Shown: positions 12,801 to 29,346, counted from the first letter of the whole stretch. The stretch: 63,865 bases of DNA, filler included, from Reclinomonas americana ATCC 50394 (GCA_048213135.1; 9 parts of 4 records of this genome joined end to end with filler, not necessarily neighbours in it), one strand, 5' to 3'. A program made the numbers and translations. The notes: generated by a model from the sequence alone, not told the origin.

Positions 12801-15800
12801 CCGCAACATGATCACCGCGCTGCTTCGCCTCGGCTTGCAGATTGATGCGTACACGGATCTGCAGCCGCCGCCATTGCATTGTGTGGTGCGGCGACTGGCC
12901 GAGGCGCGCGACGATCCGCGCCAGCGGGCCGACCTTCTCAGTCTCATGCAGTTCCTCATCAACCAGTGCGGCGCGTCGGCCAACTCAATCGATCATCACG
13001 ACAAGAGCGCACTGCACACGGCGGCGGAGGCCGGCGACATTGAGGCCATTCGACTGCTGCTCGATCATGGCGCACTGGTGGACCAGGGGGTGGTCGACGA
13101 GGATGGCAACACGCCACTGCATGTGGCGTGTCGTGGCGGACATGACGAGTGCGCTCAGGCGCTGTGGTTTGCCGACGCGCAGTCGCTGCTCAACGAGAAA
13201 CAACAGACGCCGCTGTTAATGGCCGCCAAGTCCGGCAATGCCCACTTGGTGCGCTGGCTCGTGTCGGAGCCGGTCAACTCCGACTGCCTCGCGCAAGATC
13301 ACCGCGGGCGCTCGGCGCTGCACATTGTTGCCCACCGTGCCCACGTGGATGCGGCGGAGATTCTGGCCGACCTCACACCCATGCACCTCGAGGACATGGA
13401 CGCACAGACGGCCCTCGACATTGCGGAGAAGGAGCACGGGCAGGAGTCGGACATTTACCAAGTGCTGGCGCGCAAGGCGCCCATCATGGGCACCGACGAC
13501 ATTGACGACGCTCTGCAGGGCGCCGATGTGAATGGCGCCACTGGCGGCATGATGATGATGGAGGGCGAGGGCGGATTCGACGATATGCTGATGCCTGGTG
13601 GCGGCGGCGGTCGTCTCGGCCCGCGTGCCACCACCAACGACGATGCCTTTGATGAGGAGGCGCTGGCCGTGTCACTCCTGCAGGTAGCGGGACGTGCTGG
13701 TGCTGGCGGCGGTCTGGATGACGGCATGGTGGCGTCGCAGGCGCTCCTCGAGTACGACGACGATGGCGTGCTGGTCGACCTGTCGGCCTTCAATGCTGGC
13801 ATCGAGAAGGAGTTCACCGACCCCATTCACGCCCCGTCGTATCACAACGACGCCGCCGAAGTGCAGCGGCTGCTGCGTGCCGGCGCCAATGTGAACGAGC
13901 CAACCTCCACTGGCAACACACCGCTGCATCTGGCCATCCGTGGGCTCGCCCGCGACTCGTTCCGCGTGCTGCTGGAGGCCGGCGCGGACATTGATGCGCC
14001 GGGCAAGGATGAGCGCAGTCCGCTGCAGGATGCCTGTCGTGTGGGCAATCTGCCCATGGTGCAGGAGTTGCTGCGACGCGGCTGCGATCCGTCACATCGC
14101 GACGCCACGGGTCGCACGCCCGCACACGACGCCGCCATCGCCGGTGACCCTCGCATCATTGATGCGTTGGCGGCGGCCGGTGCGGTGCTCGAAGCGCAAG
14201 ACTGGGAAGGGCAGGCACCTATCCACTTGGCGGCCGGTCTCGGCAACCAAGCCGCAGTCAAGGCCCTCCTCCGTCATGGTGTGCAGGTGGACGTGCCGGG
14301 CTGTGTCGGCCACACCCCGCTGATGGAGGCCGTGCTGGGTGGTGCCGACGACAAGCATGCGGGAGTGGTGCGTGGTGTGGTCGCTGAGTGGTCGCCGGAT
14401 GTGAACAAGCAGGACGAGGCACTGGAGACGGTGTTGCATCACGCGGTGCGCGCCAACAACGAGGATATGACGCGCTACTTGCTCGAGAACGGGGCGAATC
14501 CGGATTTGCCGAACGAACAGGGTGTGACGCCACTGATCTTGGCCGTGCACGGCGGGAACCCAGCGTTGGTCAGCATGCTGCTCGACCACTCGCGCAATAT
14601 CAACGCTGTCACGGCACTCGGCACGTCGGCGCTTCACGAAGCCGTCGGCCGCAACGACACGGTCACCACCACGTTGCTGATTGATCATGGCGCTGATCTG
14701 AACGTGCAAGATCGCGACGGTCGCACGCCGTTGCATACGGGCGCGCGGCTACCGAACTGCACCGACGCTGCCATCCTGGTGGTGGATGCGGAGCCGACGG
14801 ACGGCCGTGCGCGCGCCCATCTCGATCGCACCGAAATGAACGGGTGGACGCCACTGCACCTGGCCTCCATCACCGGCGACGCTCGTCTGGTGACCCGTCT
14901 GCTGGAGCGTGGCGCTGCTGTCGATCCGGTCTCCGAGTATGGCAACACGCCGCTGCACTTTGCGTGCAAGCACGGACATGCGGCGGTCGCCGAGCTGCTG
15001 TTGCGCCATCGCGCCGATCCCAATGTGCGCAATCATCGCGAGGGCTGGACACCGCTGCTGGAGGCAGCCTCCAATGGGCACGCCGATTGCATCACGCTGT
15101 TGTTGCGCGACTGGAATGGCCGACGTGCCGACGTGAAGCATCGCGACAACACGACGACCACCGCACTCCACCTCAGCAGCAACCACGGTCACGAGGAGTG
15201 CGTGGATTTGCTGATTGCGGCTGGGGCGGAGCCGAATGCGCAAAACAACGACGCTCTCGCACCGCTGCATTGTGCCGCTCGCAACCAGCACGCCGGTGCG
15301 GTGCGGCGCCTGCTGGCGCAGGGTGCACAGGTGCGCCTGGCCGACAACGACGGGTGGACGCCGCTGCACTTTGCGGCGCAGGCCGGCTCGCCCGAGTGCG
15401 TCAAGGCGCTCCTCGACAAGGGTGCACGGCCGCAGGATGCCGACAAGGAGGGCACCATGCCACTGCATCTGGCCGCCCGCTGCGGCAAGGACGTGCTGCT
15501 GGATCGTCTGGTGGTGCCGCCGCCGCTGCCCAACGGCTCAACTGTGGCACCACTGGCGGGTGCAAGAGCAGCGGCCGCCGGTGCTGGCGTCGACTCCAAC
15601 ATTAATGCGCAGGGTCTGAACGGTTTGACAGCCTTGCACGAGGCCGTGCTGGCGGACTCGCCGTCGTGCGTCACCCGGTTGCTCGACATGGGTGCGAACA
15701 TTGATTCGCGGAATGCAGAGGTGAGGGGGGAAGGGAGAGGGAAGAAAGGGAAGGGGTGGGAGACGGGGAGAAGGGTGAAAGTTAGTGTGCAACGAGTGTG

Positions 15801-17690
15801 CAGCGAGTGTGAGAACGAGTGTGTAATGCCACAGGGGAGAGAGCGATTGAGAGACAGCGAGCGTTGACAGAGGCGCTCATCACTCTCCATTCGCAGGGAG
15901 CCACACCGGTGTGTCTGGCCGCCATCACCGGCAACTTGCAGTGTCTGGATCTCCTCGTCAAGCGCGGTTGCAATATCCACCTGGGCACCGAAGAGCGCAC
16001 CACACCGCTGCATCTGGCGGCTCGTGGCGGACACCTGGAGTGTGTGCGACGCCTGTGCCGTGCCGGTGCCGACACCAATGCACGTACCTACTATGGCGAC
16101 ACGCCGTTGCACGAGGCTGTGGATGCGTCGAGTCTCGACTGCATTCGGGAGTTGCTTGAGCATCGTGCCGACATCAAGGCCACCGACAACTGCAATGCGA
16201 CACCGCTGCACTTTGCCGTGCAGAATAGCGATGCCGATATTGTGGCGTACTTTTTGGATCGTGGTGCCACGGGTGCGCGTGTGTTGATGGAGCGTGGTGA
16301 TTCCGTGATGGCGCGTTGTCTCACTTGCCCTTGTGTGTGCAGGAGCCACGGATGAAATCAAGGACAACGACGGAAACTCGCTGGTCCACATTGTGGCACT
16401 CTCCGGCATGCATCGGCTGTTTGAGCAGCAGGTTGCCATCACCAAGGATGCTCTGCTGCTGACGAATAACAAGGGCCAGGTTCGTGATATGATTCAGGGT
16501 GGATGGGATACTCTGTCTCTCTCTTTCTCTCTCCCTACTGCTCATCTCACGCGCTCTGTGCCCTTCTTGTGTACATCCCAGTTGCCACTGCACATGGCAG
16601 CAATTGCCGGCAAGACCGACACGGTGGAATATCTGGTGCGCCGCATGAAGACACACGGACTGAGCATCGACATTCGCGACACAGACAACGCCACGGCCAT
16701 CTACTACGCGGCGCTCAGTGGCCACCCGGACACGGTGGATTTGTTGGCACGCGAGAAGGCCGATCTCGACAATGTGCGCGACAAGGGCGGCATGTTGCGT
16801 TATTATTTCCGCACCTCGTGCTCCCCCAAGTTTGGTGCTCATCTTTTTTTGTTGCGGCAGTCACGAACGCGCCGTGTCGCCACCGCTGAGTCCCATGTCG
16901 CCATCCGGCCGCAGCGGTCGCAGTCAGCCCCGTCGATCGACCTCGGTGCTCGGGCAGTCGGCCGCCGCCTCGCTTGATGCACGCAATCCTCTGTACGCCG
17001 CTGCTCTCGGTGGGCAAGCAGCGGTGGTGGCCGTGCTGCTGCACCACCGGGCCAGCATATTCAAGCTGGGCTCTGAGCAGCGCACGGCGTTGCACGCGGC
17101 GGCCATCGCAGGCAAGGTGGAAGCGCTGCAGCACTTTGCCGAGGTGGACGTACGACGGTGGATCAACGAGGGCGATTTGGAGAACGAGACACCGCTGCAC
17201 TACGCCTGCGTGCAGGGTCACGTGAATGTGGTGCGGTGGTTGGTGCAGCACGGAGCCGACGTCAATCGACTCGACTCGTACCTGTGCTCGCCACTGTACG
17301 AGGCGTGCTTGGAAGGTGAGAGTGTGTGTATGCACATGGAAAGTACGGAGTGAGAAGCGGTCGCTAATCATGCACGCACCAGGCAATGTGGACGTGGTGC
17401 GCTACCTTACGCAAGACCAGGACGTGCGCAACCTCGATCTAGATGTGCAGGATTGCAATGGGTACTCGGCGCTGCATGTGGCCGCCCAGCAGGGTCTCAC
17501 CGATGTGGCGCGCTTGTTGGTCGCCGCCGGTGCACGCACCGACATGCCCAACAAGGACAGGTTAACGCCGTTGGAGATTGCCAAGTCGCGCCAGCGGCAA
17601 GGTGTCATTCTGGTGCTGGAGAATCAACGCGGGCGCGGTACACCTGTGCCCACCACACCCTCCCGAGGCTCCTCCAGTCGAAGAAGATGA
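6856..17690 (+). CDS. Giant ankyrin-repeat protein (~3,290 aa, 13 exons by eye)
   Basis: Dozens of TPLHxAA/GxxxVxxLLxxGA repeats across ORFs 6887-17690. Approximate exons: 6856-6885, 6971-8320, 8385-8544, 8611-8876, 8937-9648, 9709-9965, 10030-12209, 12294-15720, 15896-16272, 16343-16478, 16582-16793, 16861-17315, 17383-17690, joined by GT-AG introns. Confidence 0.92.
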
Positions 17691-17805
17691 CACTAAAGAA
17701 AATGTACTTTAATGTGTTGCAATTTGTCAATGAAGGGGAAGGATGTGTGGGGCGGGCGCTACTAGAAAGTGCGCACAGGGCCCAGGGCGTAACGAGTGAG
17801 CATGC

Positions 17806-20536
<2,731 letters not shown>

Positions 20537-20899
20537 TGCGCGTACGTGCAGAGGGAGAGTGAGTGTCCGAATTCGTCGATCCAATTTTGGCGCATGCTGG
20601 ACGCACCGAACACCACCAGCAAACACGACGAGCGCGAGGCTGTTCTTGCTCGAATAACAGCGCAGACCACGCTGATGTGGGTATCAGCAGTGTAGGCCTC
20701 ACGAAATGATCTGGAATGGTTGAATTCGAATTGCCGCGATCTCGAGGGGTGTGACCATGACCGGCTGGCCGGCTGCGGCTGCGAGAACCACACTTTACAA
20801 TGCATCCACTGGCAAGCAACTTGATAGCCAAGTCTAAGTTCGGCGCTAGAAAACCGAGAACCGGACCCGCTTCATGTGATTGAAGCTTCATTTGTCTGG

Positions 20900-21220
20900 C
20901 TTGCAAAGCTTGCCTTTCCCGAAGATTGGATGTTCCACGTACGACCGCAGAAAACGCTGCGACCAACGAGACGCCTCCACTGCTTTGCTTACTCCACGGA
21001 TCTGGACCCGGCTTTGCTTTGTTTGCCTGGCTGGCCTTTCCCGAATTCGATGTGCCGTGTACGATCGCAGAAAACGACAACAACAAATTCATTCACCAAC
21101 AAACAAGCAACAGCTGTCTTGATGACCAAGTCTATGTGTCTATGCAAGTGTGTCAAATCCACTATTCAACCACGCTTTTGCGGTGAAGGTCACAGCTCTC
21201 GACCGCGAGATGTTCGAAGC
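20900..21220 (+). repeat. Dispersed repeat, copy 1, with an internal diverged duplication
   Basis: Shares ggacccggctttgctttgtttgcctggct...ttcgatgtgccgtgta.gatcgcag...atgcaagtg.gtcaaatccact..tcaaccacgctt.tgcggtgaag with 29785-29995. Confidence 0.85.
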
Positions 21221-21408
21221 TCCACAGCAGATGCCCAACAAGCGGAGTCGCTGCGACTTGCAACTGCAAATTCCGCTGATGCCGAAGCAGCGAGGCCTGC
21301 AGCAGCCGGCCCACCTGCATACACCCCGCTATAGGGTCAGTAAAAACAACTTCATGATCACGCGGCCAGAGGACACAATCCGTCCCACAGCGACTGACCC
21401 GAACGAGA

Positions 21409-22084
21409 ATGCGGCGCGAGTTGCAAAGTCGCTGCCGCACGGCTCTCATCGGCAGCCTGCTCCTCTGCATCCTGCTGATCCTCTGGTGGTACGCCCACAT
21501 GGCAGGCATCTGGGCGCGCATGGATTACTCCAAAGAACACGCAGGCACGAACACAACAACACGCGTCACTCTCCCACTCACACACTCACTCTCTCTCTCT
21601 CTCACATAGGCGTCACACTGAAGACCGTGGCCGACTACCTCTCATCACGTGAGGGCGCCGGCGACAGCGACTCGATACAACCGCAGCAAGTCGCGCCGGA
21701 TGCCAGTGAAGGCGAGGGCGATGACGACGCAGCACCTCCTCCCCGCGAAGAGATGCTGCTCTACTTTATCGACATGCCTACAGTGCCTCCACCGCCTCCG
21801 CGTCGTCGCGCAGCTGCACCGGCTGCGAGTGATGGGAAGAGTGCGCCCGAGTTCCCACCAGTGGTGCGAGTGGAGGCCATGCGACATGCGATGCAGGAGG
21901 CGCTGTGCTTGGCGCTGATCACCAATCGCCGCTTTGTCGAGCCGCTGATGCTGGTCGATGTGCCGCACCCCGATGCGTTGCGTGTCTTTCCCCTCGTGGG
22001 GTCTTCATCGTGTTGAATACCGAACTTGCACGTGGGGATGATATAGGTACAAGAGACCACCGGCACCTCGGGACGATCCGACGG
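21409..22084 (+). CDS. Type II membrane protein, possible glycosyltransferase (O-fucosyltransferase-like), 3' incomplete
   Basis: N-terminal TM segment (ALIGSLLLCILLILWWY), a stem region, then the motif ALCLALITNRRFVEP. Putative GC-AG intron 21545-21609 and donor at 21977. The gene runs toward a contig break. Confidence 0.5.
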
Positions 22085-22299
22085 GTGAGAAACGCGAGGC
22101 GTATTATAAGATGCTCAGCGAGTTGCCGTTTGCGCCGACGTCGGTGCGCTACGGTGCCATTTTTAATGAGTATGAGGTTTGTCACTAGAGAGTGAGCGGT
22201 TTCTTTCTGCAGCGCTCTTTCTGTTTCAACCATGGCGGTAGAAGACTGCGGAGTGAGCAGTAGCATCTCGCGATCATTGGAGAAGGAGGAGCAGTGGGC

Positions 22300-22760
22300 T
22301 GTTCATACTCTCCGTAGCCTTCTGCCCGACTCTGCAGCCCGATCTCTGCAAGTGAACGATCGGCACTTCGTTGTTGCAAAGCGTCAGCCTCTCTACGTCT
22401 CTCCGTGCATGTGTATCTGGCGGCAGCAGAAGAGCGAGCGTTAACAGTTCCAGCTGAACTACGAGCTTTGTGTTGTCTCTCTCATTCTGCAGCCTGTTCT
22501 TTGTGATATCTTGCAATTGAATGACAGGCGAACCCTCTGTCTTTCCGTGCGTATCTCATAAACAGCAACAGAAGAAGAGCGAGCGGAAGCAGTCTCAGCT
22601 GAACAACATGCACTGTGTTGTCTCTCTCTCCCTCACTCTGCAGCCCGTTGTTTTTTGATATCTTGCGTCTGAATGTTTCCTGTCATCTGTGTCTCTCCGT
22701 TCATGCGTCTCCGGCGGCAGAAGAAGAACCTCGCTTCTCCTCGAGCTTCCTTCATTTTCT
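22300..22760. repeat. Diverged ~150-bp tandem repeat (about 3 units)
   Basis: Repeated cagaagagcgagcg...cagctgaac...tgtgttgtctctctc...ctgcagcc...gatatcttgc...tgaatg. Confidence 0.65.
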
Positions 22761-22776
22761 TGCTTGTCTTGTGCGT

Positions 22777-23348
<572 letters not shown>

Positions 23349-23367
23349 GCTTCTCTTGTCCCCCCTC

Positions 23368-23640
23368 TCACTCTCCTTTGCTCATTCATGCACCTTGTCT
23401 TCTGTCTCGCGTTGTTGCACATCTGGTGTCTGCCTCTCTTCCTCTTTTGCCCTTTCACTCATCTTCTCTCTCCCTCTCTCTCTTCACTCTCCCCTCTGTT
23501 GTTGTCTCGCATCCGTTGTCTCACTCTCCTTTGCTCATTCATGCATGTCTTCTGTCTCACGTTGTTGCACATGTGGTGTCTGCCTCTCTTCCTCTTTCGC
23601 CCTTTTACTCATCTTCTCTCTCTCTCTCTCTCGTTTTCTC
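23368..23640. repeat. ~153-bp tandem duplication, intronic
   Basis: tcactctcctttgctcattcatgca...gttgttgcacat.tggtgtctgcctctcttcctcttt occurs at 23368 and 23521. Confidence 0.85.
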
Positions 23641-23729
23641 GCTTCCTCTGCCCTCTCTCTCACTCTCCTATCTCCGTCTCCTCTCCCCACTCCTCTCCTT
23701 CTCCCTTCTCACTTTGAGCGATTCCTCAG

Positions 23730-24596
23730 GCGTGGTGATCACCGATGCGGAGATTGCGGAGGCCGTGGAGCGCGTGTTGACTTCGCACCGTGCCGAGTTG
23801 CTCGAGATGCGATACAGTGCACCGCTGGGCCAGTGGACGGCTGGAGTTGCGTGTGTGCACTCGCACCTACGTCGAGTTTGAATGGTTATTGACCTCTGTG
23901 TATGTGTTGTTGTGATGCAGTTGCGCAAGGATCGGCGGCTGCGCTTTGCCGATGGCCGCAAGTTGAAGGATGAGTGCGATCGCCAGGTGGCGGCGCTGCT
24001 GGGACCCAAGACCGAGGCCGACTTGAAGCCGAAGAAGCCGGGCAAGAAGGTGCGTCTTTGCAGCAATTTTGAAGTGTGGCGACTGGCATGCTCACGAGCG
24101 ACTGGTAGGCACCGGCTGCTGGTGCGTCGGGCTCTGCTGCACCTGCTGCCACTGCCGCGGCGACGGCTGCTGCGTCGTCGGCGGAGGAAGCGGCACCGGA
24201 GAAGATTCGTGATTTTGTCGGCCGTGATCTGCTCGAGGCTCGCAACTCGCCGGCCGCGATTGCGAAGCATGAGGCGGCTGTCGGCACCATGGTGGTCACT
24301 CGGTTCCCGCCGGAGCCCAATGTGCGTTACAGGGAAAGGGGGAAGGGAGAGGGAGGGGGAAGGAGAAGAGAATGGGAAGAGGGAGAGGGGGAGCGAGAAG
24401 GAAAGGGAGGGGAAAGGAGAGGATAAAGGAAGGAGGGAATGGGATAGAAAGAAAGTAAGACTGAAAGAAAGAGAGAGGTTGGAAAGCAAAGGGAGGTGAG
24501 AGCGAATGGAGGGAGACAATGTTTGATGGTGGAATTAGGAAGGATGAGCGCTGGTCGTGAGTATTGGAACGATGGTCGTGAGATGTTGAGGATGGG

Positions 24597-24629
<33 letters not shown>

Positions 24630-27212
24630 CGAGAGAGGGAGATGCAGACAGGCAGGCACGCACATACAGATGCTTGATGCAGGATCAGGAGGAGTGAGAG
24701 ATTAGTGTTCGTGTGCGACAAATGGGAGAGGAGGTGTTGTGGGTGTAAAATGTGAGCCAGATATCCACTCTATAAATTACTCATCCTTCTCCCCTCGCCA
24801 GGGTTTCCTGCATCTCGGTCACGCCAAGGCGATGCATCTCGATTTTGGTTACGCGCTGGAGACTGGAGGCATGTGCATTTTGCGGTACGACGACACGAAC
24901 CCCGAGGCGGAGAAGACGAGCTACATTGAGTCGATTGCTGAGGTGCGTGCGTGCGTGCGTGCGTGGTGGAGAGAGCTCAGCCTTTTCCACACATCCGTTT
25001 CTCATCCGTGCGCGCAGAACGTCACATGGATGGGCTGGCACCCTGTGCGCACCACACACTCGTCGGACTATTTTGACCAGCTGTACGATTTCGCGGTGGA
25101 GCTCATTCGCCGCGGCAAGGCGTTTGTGTGCCACCAGAGTGCCCCCGAGATGAAGGCCACTCGTGATGCGCGCCAGCCGAGTCCGTATCGCGATCGCACG
25201 GTGGAGGAGAATCTCCAGTTGTTCGAGGACATGAAGAACGGCGTCTTCAAGGAGGGCGAGTGCACGCTGCGCTGCAAGATTGATCACACGCACGATAATC
25301 CAAGTTGCGGCAGAGGAGGAGGAGGAGTGAATGGCACAGGGTGATTGTCGGGCTGTGTGTGCTCATTCGCCTCGTGCGCAGACATGCGTGACTTTGTGGC
25401 GTACCGCATCAAGTTCACGCCGCATCCGGTCGTCGGCGACAAGTGGTGCATCTACCCGACCTACGACTACACACATTGCCTGTGCGACTCGCTGGAGGAC
25501 GTGACGCACTCGCTGTGCACGCTGGAGTTTGAGAATCGCCGCGAGTCATACTTTTGGCTGCTCGATGCGCTGGATCTGTGGAAGCCCAAGGTGTGGGAGA
25601 TGAGCCGGCTGAACATGACGCACAATGTGATGTCGAAGCGCAAGCTGCTGGCCATGGTCAATGAGGGTAAGTTTGTAAGAAGGGAGAGGGAGGGGGATTG
25701 GAGAGAAGGGGAGAGAGAGGGAGAGAATAATACGTCGTGTTGTGTGTTGGTCGAGATGATGGGTCAGTGTGATCTGTTGAGTGCGCGAGGGAGAAGACGA
25801 GTGAGCGAGAATGTGTCTGTGGAAGCTGGGTGTACGATGTGGCGAGCAGTGAGTGCGAGTGAGCGAGATCGGCCATCTCTATTCTGAGTGCGTGAGATGG
25901 CATGAATGGGCAAGGCTAGTCAGTAATTAGCAGAGTGGGGTGCACGAACTGACATGCGGTGAGTGAGTGAGCGAGCTGTGGAAGCTGGGTGCGCGAAGTG
26001 AAGAGCTGTGAGTGCAAGAACAAGCGAGCATTGACTTTTGTGTGAGCTAGATTGCTTGTCATTAGAAGCTGGGTGCACGTACTGCCGAGCAGTGAGTGAG
26101 CGAGATTGTTGTCTGTGGATGCAGGGAGCACGAAGTGGCGAGCAGTGAGTGCGAGTGAGCGAGATCGGCCATCTCGATATGACGGAGTGCATGAAATGGC
26201 ACGAGCACTCAGGGATTAGAAGTGGTTGTCTCTGGAAGTTGGTGCACCAAGTGGCAAGCAACCCGTCTCTGTCATCAAGCGCAATTAGTCTTCGTATGAG
26301 TGTTTTTACTGGAAGGCAGTGAGCACTGAAAGAACACCTCTCTTCTCCTTCAGCTCTTCCCCTTCAGCTCTTCCCCTTCAGCTCTTCCCCTTCAGCTCTT
26401 CCCCTTCCGCACTTCCCCTTTTCCTTCTCTCATCACCGCCTTCGCAACAGGCCTGGTGCGCGGCTGGGACGACCCGCGCATGCTGACCCTCAACGGTCTG
26501 CGACGACGCGGCTACCACCCCGACGCCATCAACGCTCTCTGCCGCATTGTGAGTGCCACGCGCAGCCCGAATCGTCTGCACATGAATGTGCTGGAGCATT
26601 GCTGCCGCACCTACATGGACGAGCATGCGCCGCGTGCGTTTGCCGTGCTGAACCCGCTGCGTGTGGTGCTGCTGGATGTGCCGGAGGAGCATGTGGAGAT
26701 GGTGGAGATGCCGAACCACCCGAAGAATGCGACATTTGGCGCACGCCAGGTGCCACTCTCGCGCGTGATCTACATTGAGCGCAGTGATTTCCGGCTGCAG
26801 GACTCCAAGGTTTGGTTGGGGGGTTGAAGCAAAGACAAGACAGCGTCGCGTCACGCAAGCTGATGATTCTCCTTTTCTCCCTCCCTCCTTGTGCAGGACT
26901 ATTACGGTCTGGCACCCGGCAAGGAGGTGGGCCTGCGCTACGCCTTCAACATCAAGTGCGAGGAGGTGGTGATGAATGGCGAGGAGGTGGCCGAGCTGCG
27001 CTGCAGTGTGGACCGCGCCAAGACGCGCAAGTGCAAGGGTCACATTCACTGGGTGGCCGAGCCGCGGCCAGGACAGGCGCCGACGACGGTGGAAGTGCGC
27101 TTGTACGAGTACTTGTTTACCGTGGAGGTGCGTGTTGGGGAGGGGTAGAGGGGGAAGGGTAGAGGGGTAAGGGAGGGAGGGAGAGAGAAAGAGGGCAGAG
27201 GGTATCAGAGAG

Positions 27213-27248
<36 letters not shown>

Positions 27249-28016
27249 AGAGAGAAGAACAGAGACGACGAGAGAGAAGAAGAGAGAGAAGAGAGAGAGA
27301 GTACTACACGACGACGTAGTTCGACTACGTTTCCCCGTTTTCCCCCTACCGACCGTNNNNNNNNNNNNNNNNNNNNNNNNNNNNNNNNNNNNNNNNNNNN
27401 TTAATTAATTAANNNNNNNNNNNNNNNNNNNNNNNNNNNNNNNNNNNNNNNNNNNNAGAGGAGAGAGAGAGAGAGGGAGAGGGAGAGAGAAAGGAGCAAG
27501 TCAGGAAAAGTGAGACACGAAGAAACACAGCACAGAGAGCGAGAGAGGACACACACACAAGGAGCACTTCAGCAAGCAAGACAATGGAGAAGGAGCTGGA
27601 TTGAGAGAGAAAGGATAATCTCTCATTCGCATGTCGACTGCTCACTGATATCTCCTCCCTCTTGCTCCCTTCGAGGGAGCGCGAGGGGGAAACGAGAGCA
27701 ACTGCTCAATGATAGTCGCTGCCTCGCTCACTTCATTGCTTCTCTTTCTCTCTTCTCTCTTGCTCCTTCGAAGGAGCGCGAGCGAGAAACAGGTAACTGT
27801 TGACAGTCCCTTTTCATTACTTCTCTCGATCTCTCTCGCCTTCTTGCGTTCCTATCGGGTTCTCTTGACGTTGCTCTTTCTCTCTCACTCTCTCTCTCTC
27901 TCTCTCTGACTCGCTCCTTTTCGTGAGGCGTGAGGGGGAAACATGCAACTGCTGATAGTCTCTGCCTCTTAGTTCTCTCTCTTTCTCCTCGCTCGCGTCA
28001 TTGTTTCTCTCGTTCT

Positions 28017-28069
<53 letters not shown>

Positions 28070-28779
28070 CTCTTCTCTCTCCTCCTCCTCCTCCTCCTNN
28101 NNNNNNNNNNNNNNNNNNNNNNNNNNNNNNNNNNNNNNNNNNNNNNNNNNNNNNNNNNNNNNNNNNNNNNNNNNNNNNNNNNNNNNNNNNNNNNNNNNNN
28201 NNNNNNNNNNNNNNNNNNNNNNNNNNNNNNNNNNNNNNNNNNNNNNNNNNNNNNNNNNNNNNNNNNNNNNNNNNNNNNNNNNNNNNNNNNNNNNNNNNNN
28301 NNNNNNNNNNNNNNNNNNNNNNNNNNNNNNNNNNNNNNNNNNNNNNNNNNNNNNNNNNNNNNNNNNNNNNNNNNNNNNNNNNNNNNNNNNNNNNNNNNNN
28401 NNNNNNNNNNNNNNNNNNNNNNNNNNNNNNNNNNNNNNNNNNNNNNNNNNNNNNNNNNNNNNNNNNNNNNNNNNNNNNNNNNNNNNNNNNNNNNNNNNNN
28501 NNNNNNNNNNNNNNNNNNNNNNNNNNNNNNNNNNNNNNNNNNNNNNNNNNNNNNNNNNNNNNNNNNNNNNNNNNNNNNNNNNNNNNNNNNNNCGACGTAC
28601 GACCTTCCTTCCTTCTTACGTTCGTTCGTTCGTTCGTCGTCGTAGTACGTCGTCGTTCGTGTGTGTCGTCTCTCTCTCTCTCTCGTCGTCGTGTTCGTTT
28701 CGTTCGTTCGTCTCTCTCTTCTCTCTCTCTCTCTCTCCTCCTCCTCCTCTCTCTCTCTCCTCCTCTCTCTCTCTCTCTC

Positions 28780-28820
<41 letters not shown>

Positions 28821-29092
28821 CTTATCGCTCCCCCCCTCAGGACCCGGAGGACGAAGAGGCCGTCAAGGACTGGCGTGCGGCACTGAACCCGCACTCGGAG
28901 GTCGTGCTGCACGGATGCATGGTGGAGCCGGCGCTGGCATCGGTGGCGCCCAACTCACTAGCCCGTTTCCAGTTCGAGCGCATCGGTTTCTTTGTGGTGG
29001 ACTCGGACTCGACACCCGACAGGTTGGTCTTCAACCGCACCGTCGAGCTGAAGGAGTCGTACCCGAGGGGCAGCGTGGGCACGTCAGCTTGA
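23730..29092 (+). CDS. QARS: Glutaminyl-tRNA synthetase, eukaryotic type; 5' exons missing in the gap
   Basis: [27 protein letters not shown] (HIGH motif), [46 protein letters not shown] (KMSKS-like), [19 protein letters not shown] and [20 protein letters not shown]. Confidence 0.96.
25740..26280. repeat. Degenerate tandem repeat in a GlnRS intron
   Basis: gtggcgagcagtgagtgcgagtgagcgagatcggccatctc at ~25839 and ~26135, plus repeated gaagctgggtg units. Confidence 0.75.
26345..26410. repeat. 15-bp minisatellite (cttcagctcttcccc)n
   Basis: About 4 tandem copies seen directly. Confidence 0.85.
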
Positions 29093-29207
29093 ATGTGGTG
29101 GTGATGAGTAGAGAGAGTTTGTGGATGGCAATGAAAATGAATGCAGAAGAAAGGCGAGTTGGTTGTTGTTGAGCTTTCTGTGAAGAGAGAATGCAGTCGA
29201 TGAAGCA

Positions 29208-29346
29208 GCAGTTCTTCCGCGCGTGGAGGCCATCGGCTGTTTCGGATCAAGCTCGACCTGCAAAAGGCGTTTCTGCCTCGCAGTGAAAGAGAGCAGCGGC
29301 GCCACCGGCTATTCCGGAGCAGTGAATGTGTGGGGCGTCTAGCTCA
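29208..29346 (+). pseudogene. Degenerate partial copy of the tRNA-Ala upstream unit, ending in the tRNA 5' fragment ggggcgtctagctca
   Basis: Matches 29393-29468 (cagttcttccgcgcg, gcagcggcgcc, ggctatt..ggag, gaatgtgtg, ggggcgtctagctca) but breaks off in the D arm. Confidence 0.75.

Noticed and set aside
10903..16472. Long antisense ORFs opposite the ankyrin gene (10903-12126, 15189-16472) and many similar shadow ORFs
   Set aside because: Expected from GC-rich codon usage on the real coding strand; no independent motifs.
20690..21250. Possible snRNA genes in the dispersed repeat
   Set aside because: No recognisable U1, U2, U5 or U6 hallmark motifs by eye.
25304..25381. Alternative reading of the GTTGCG introns as non-canonical TT..AGN introns cut one base later
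   Set aside because: GT-AG placement restores the conserved residues (PNMRD in GlnRS), while the slid placement gives PSMRD.
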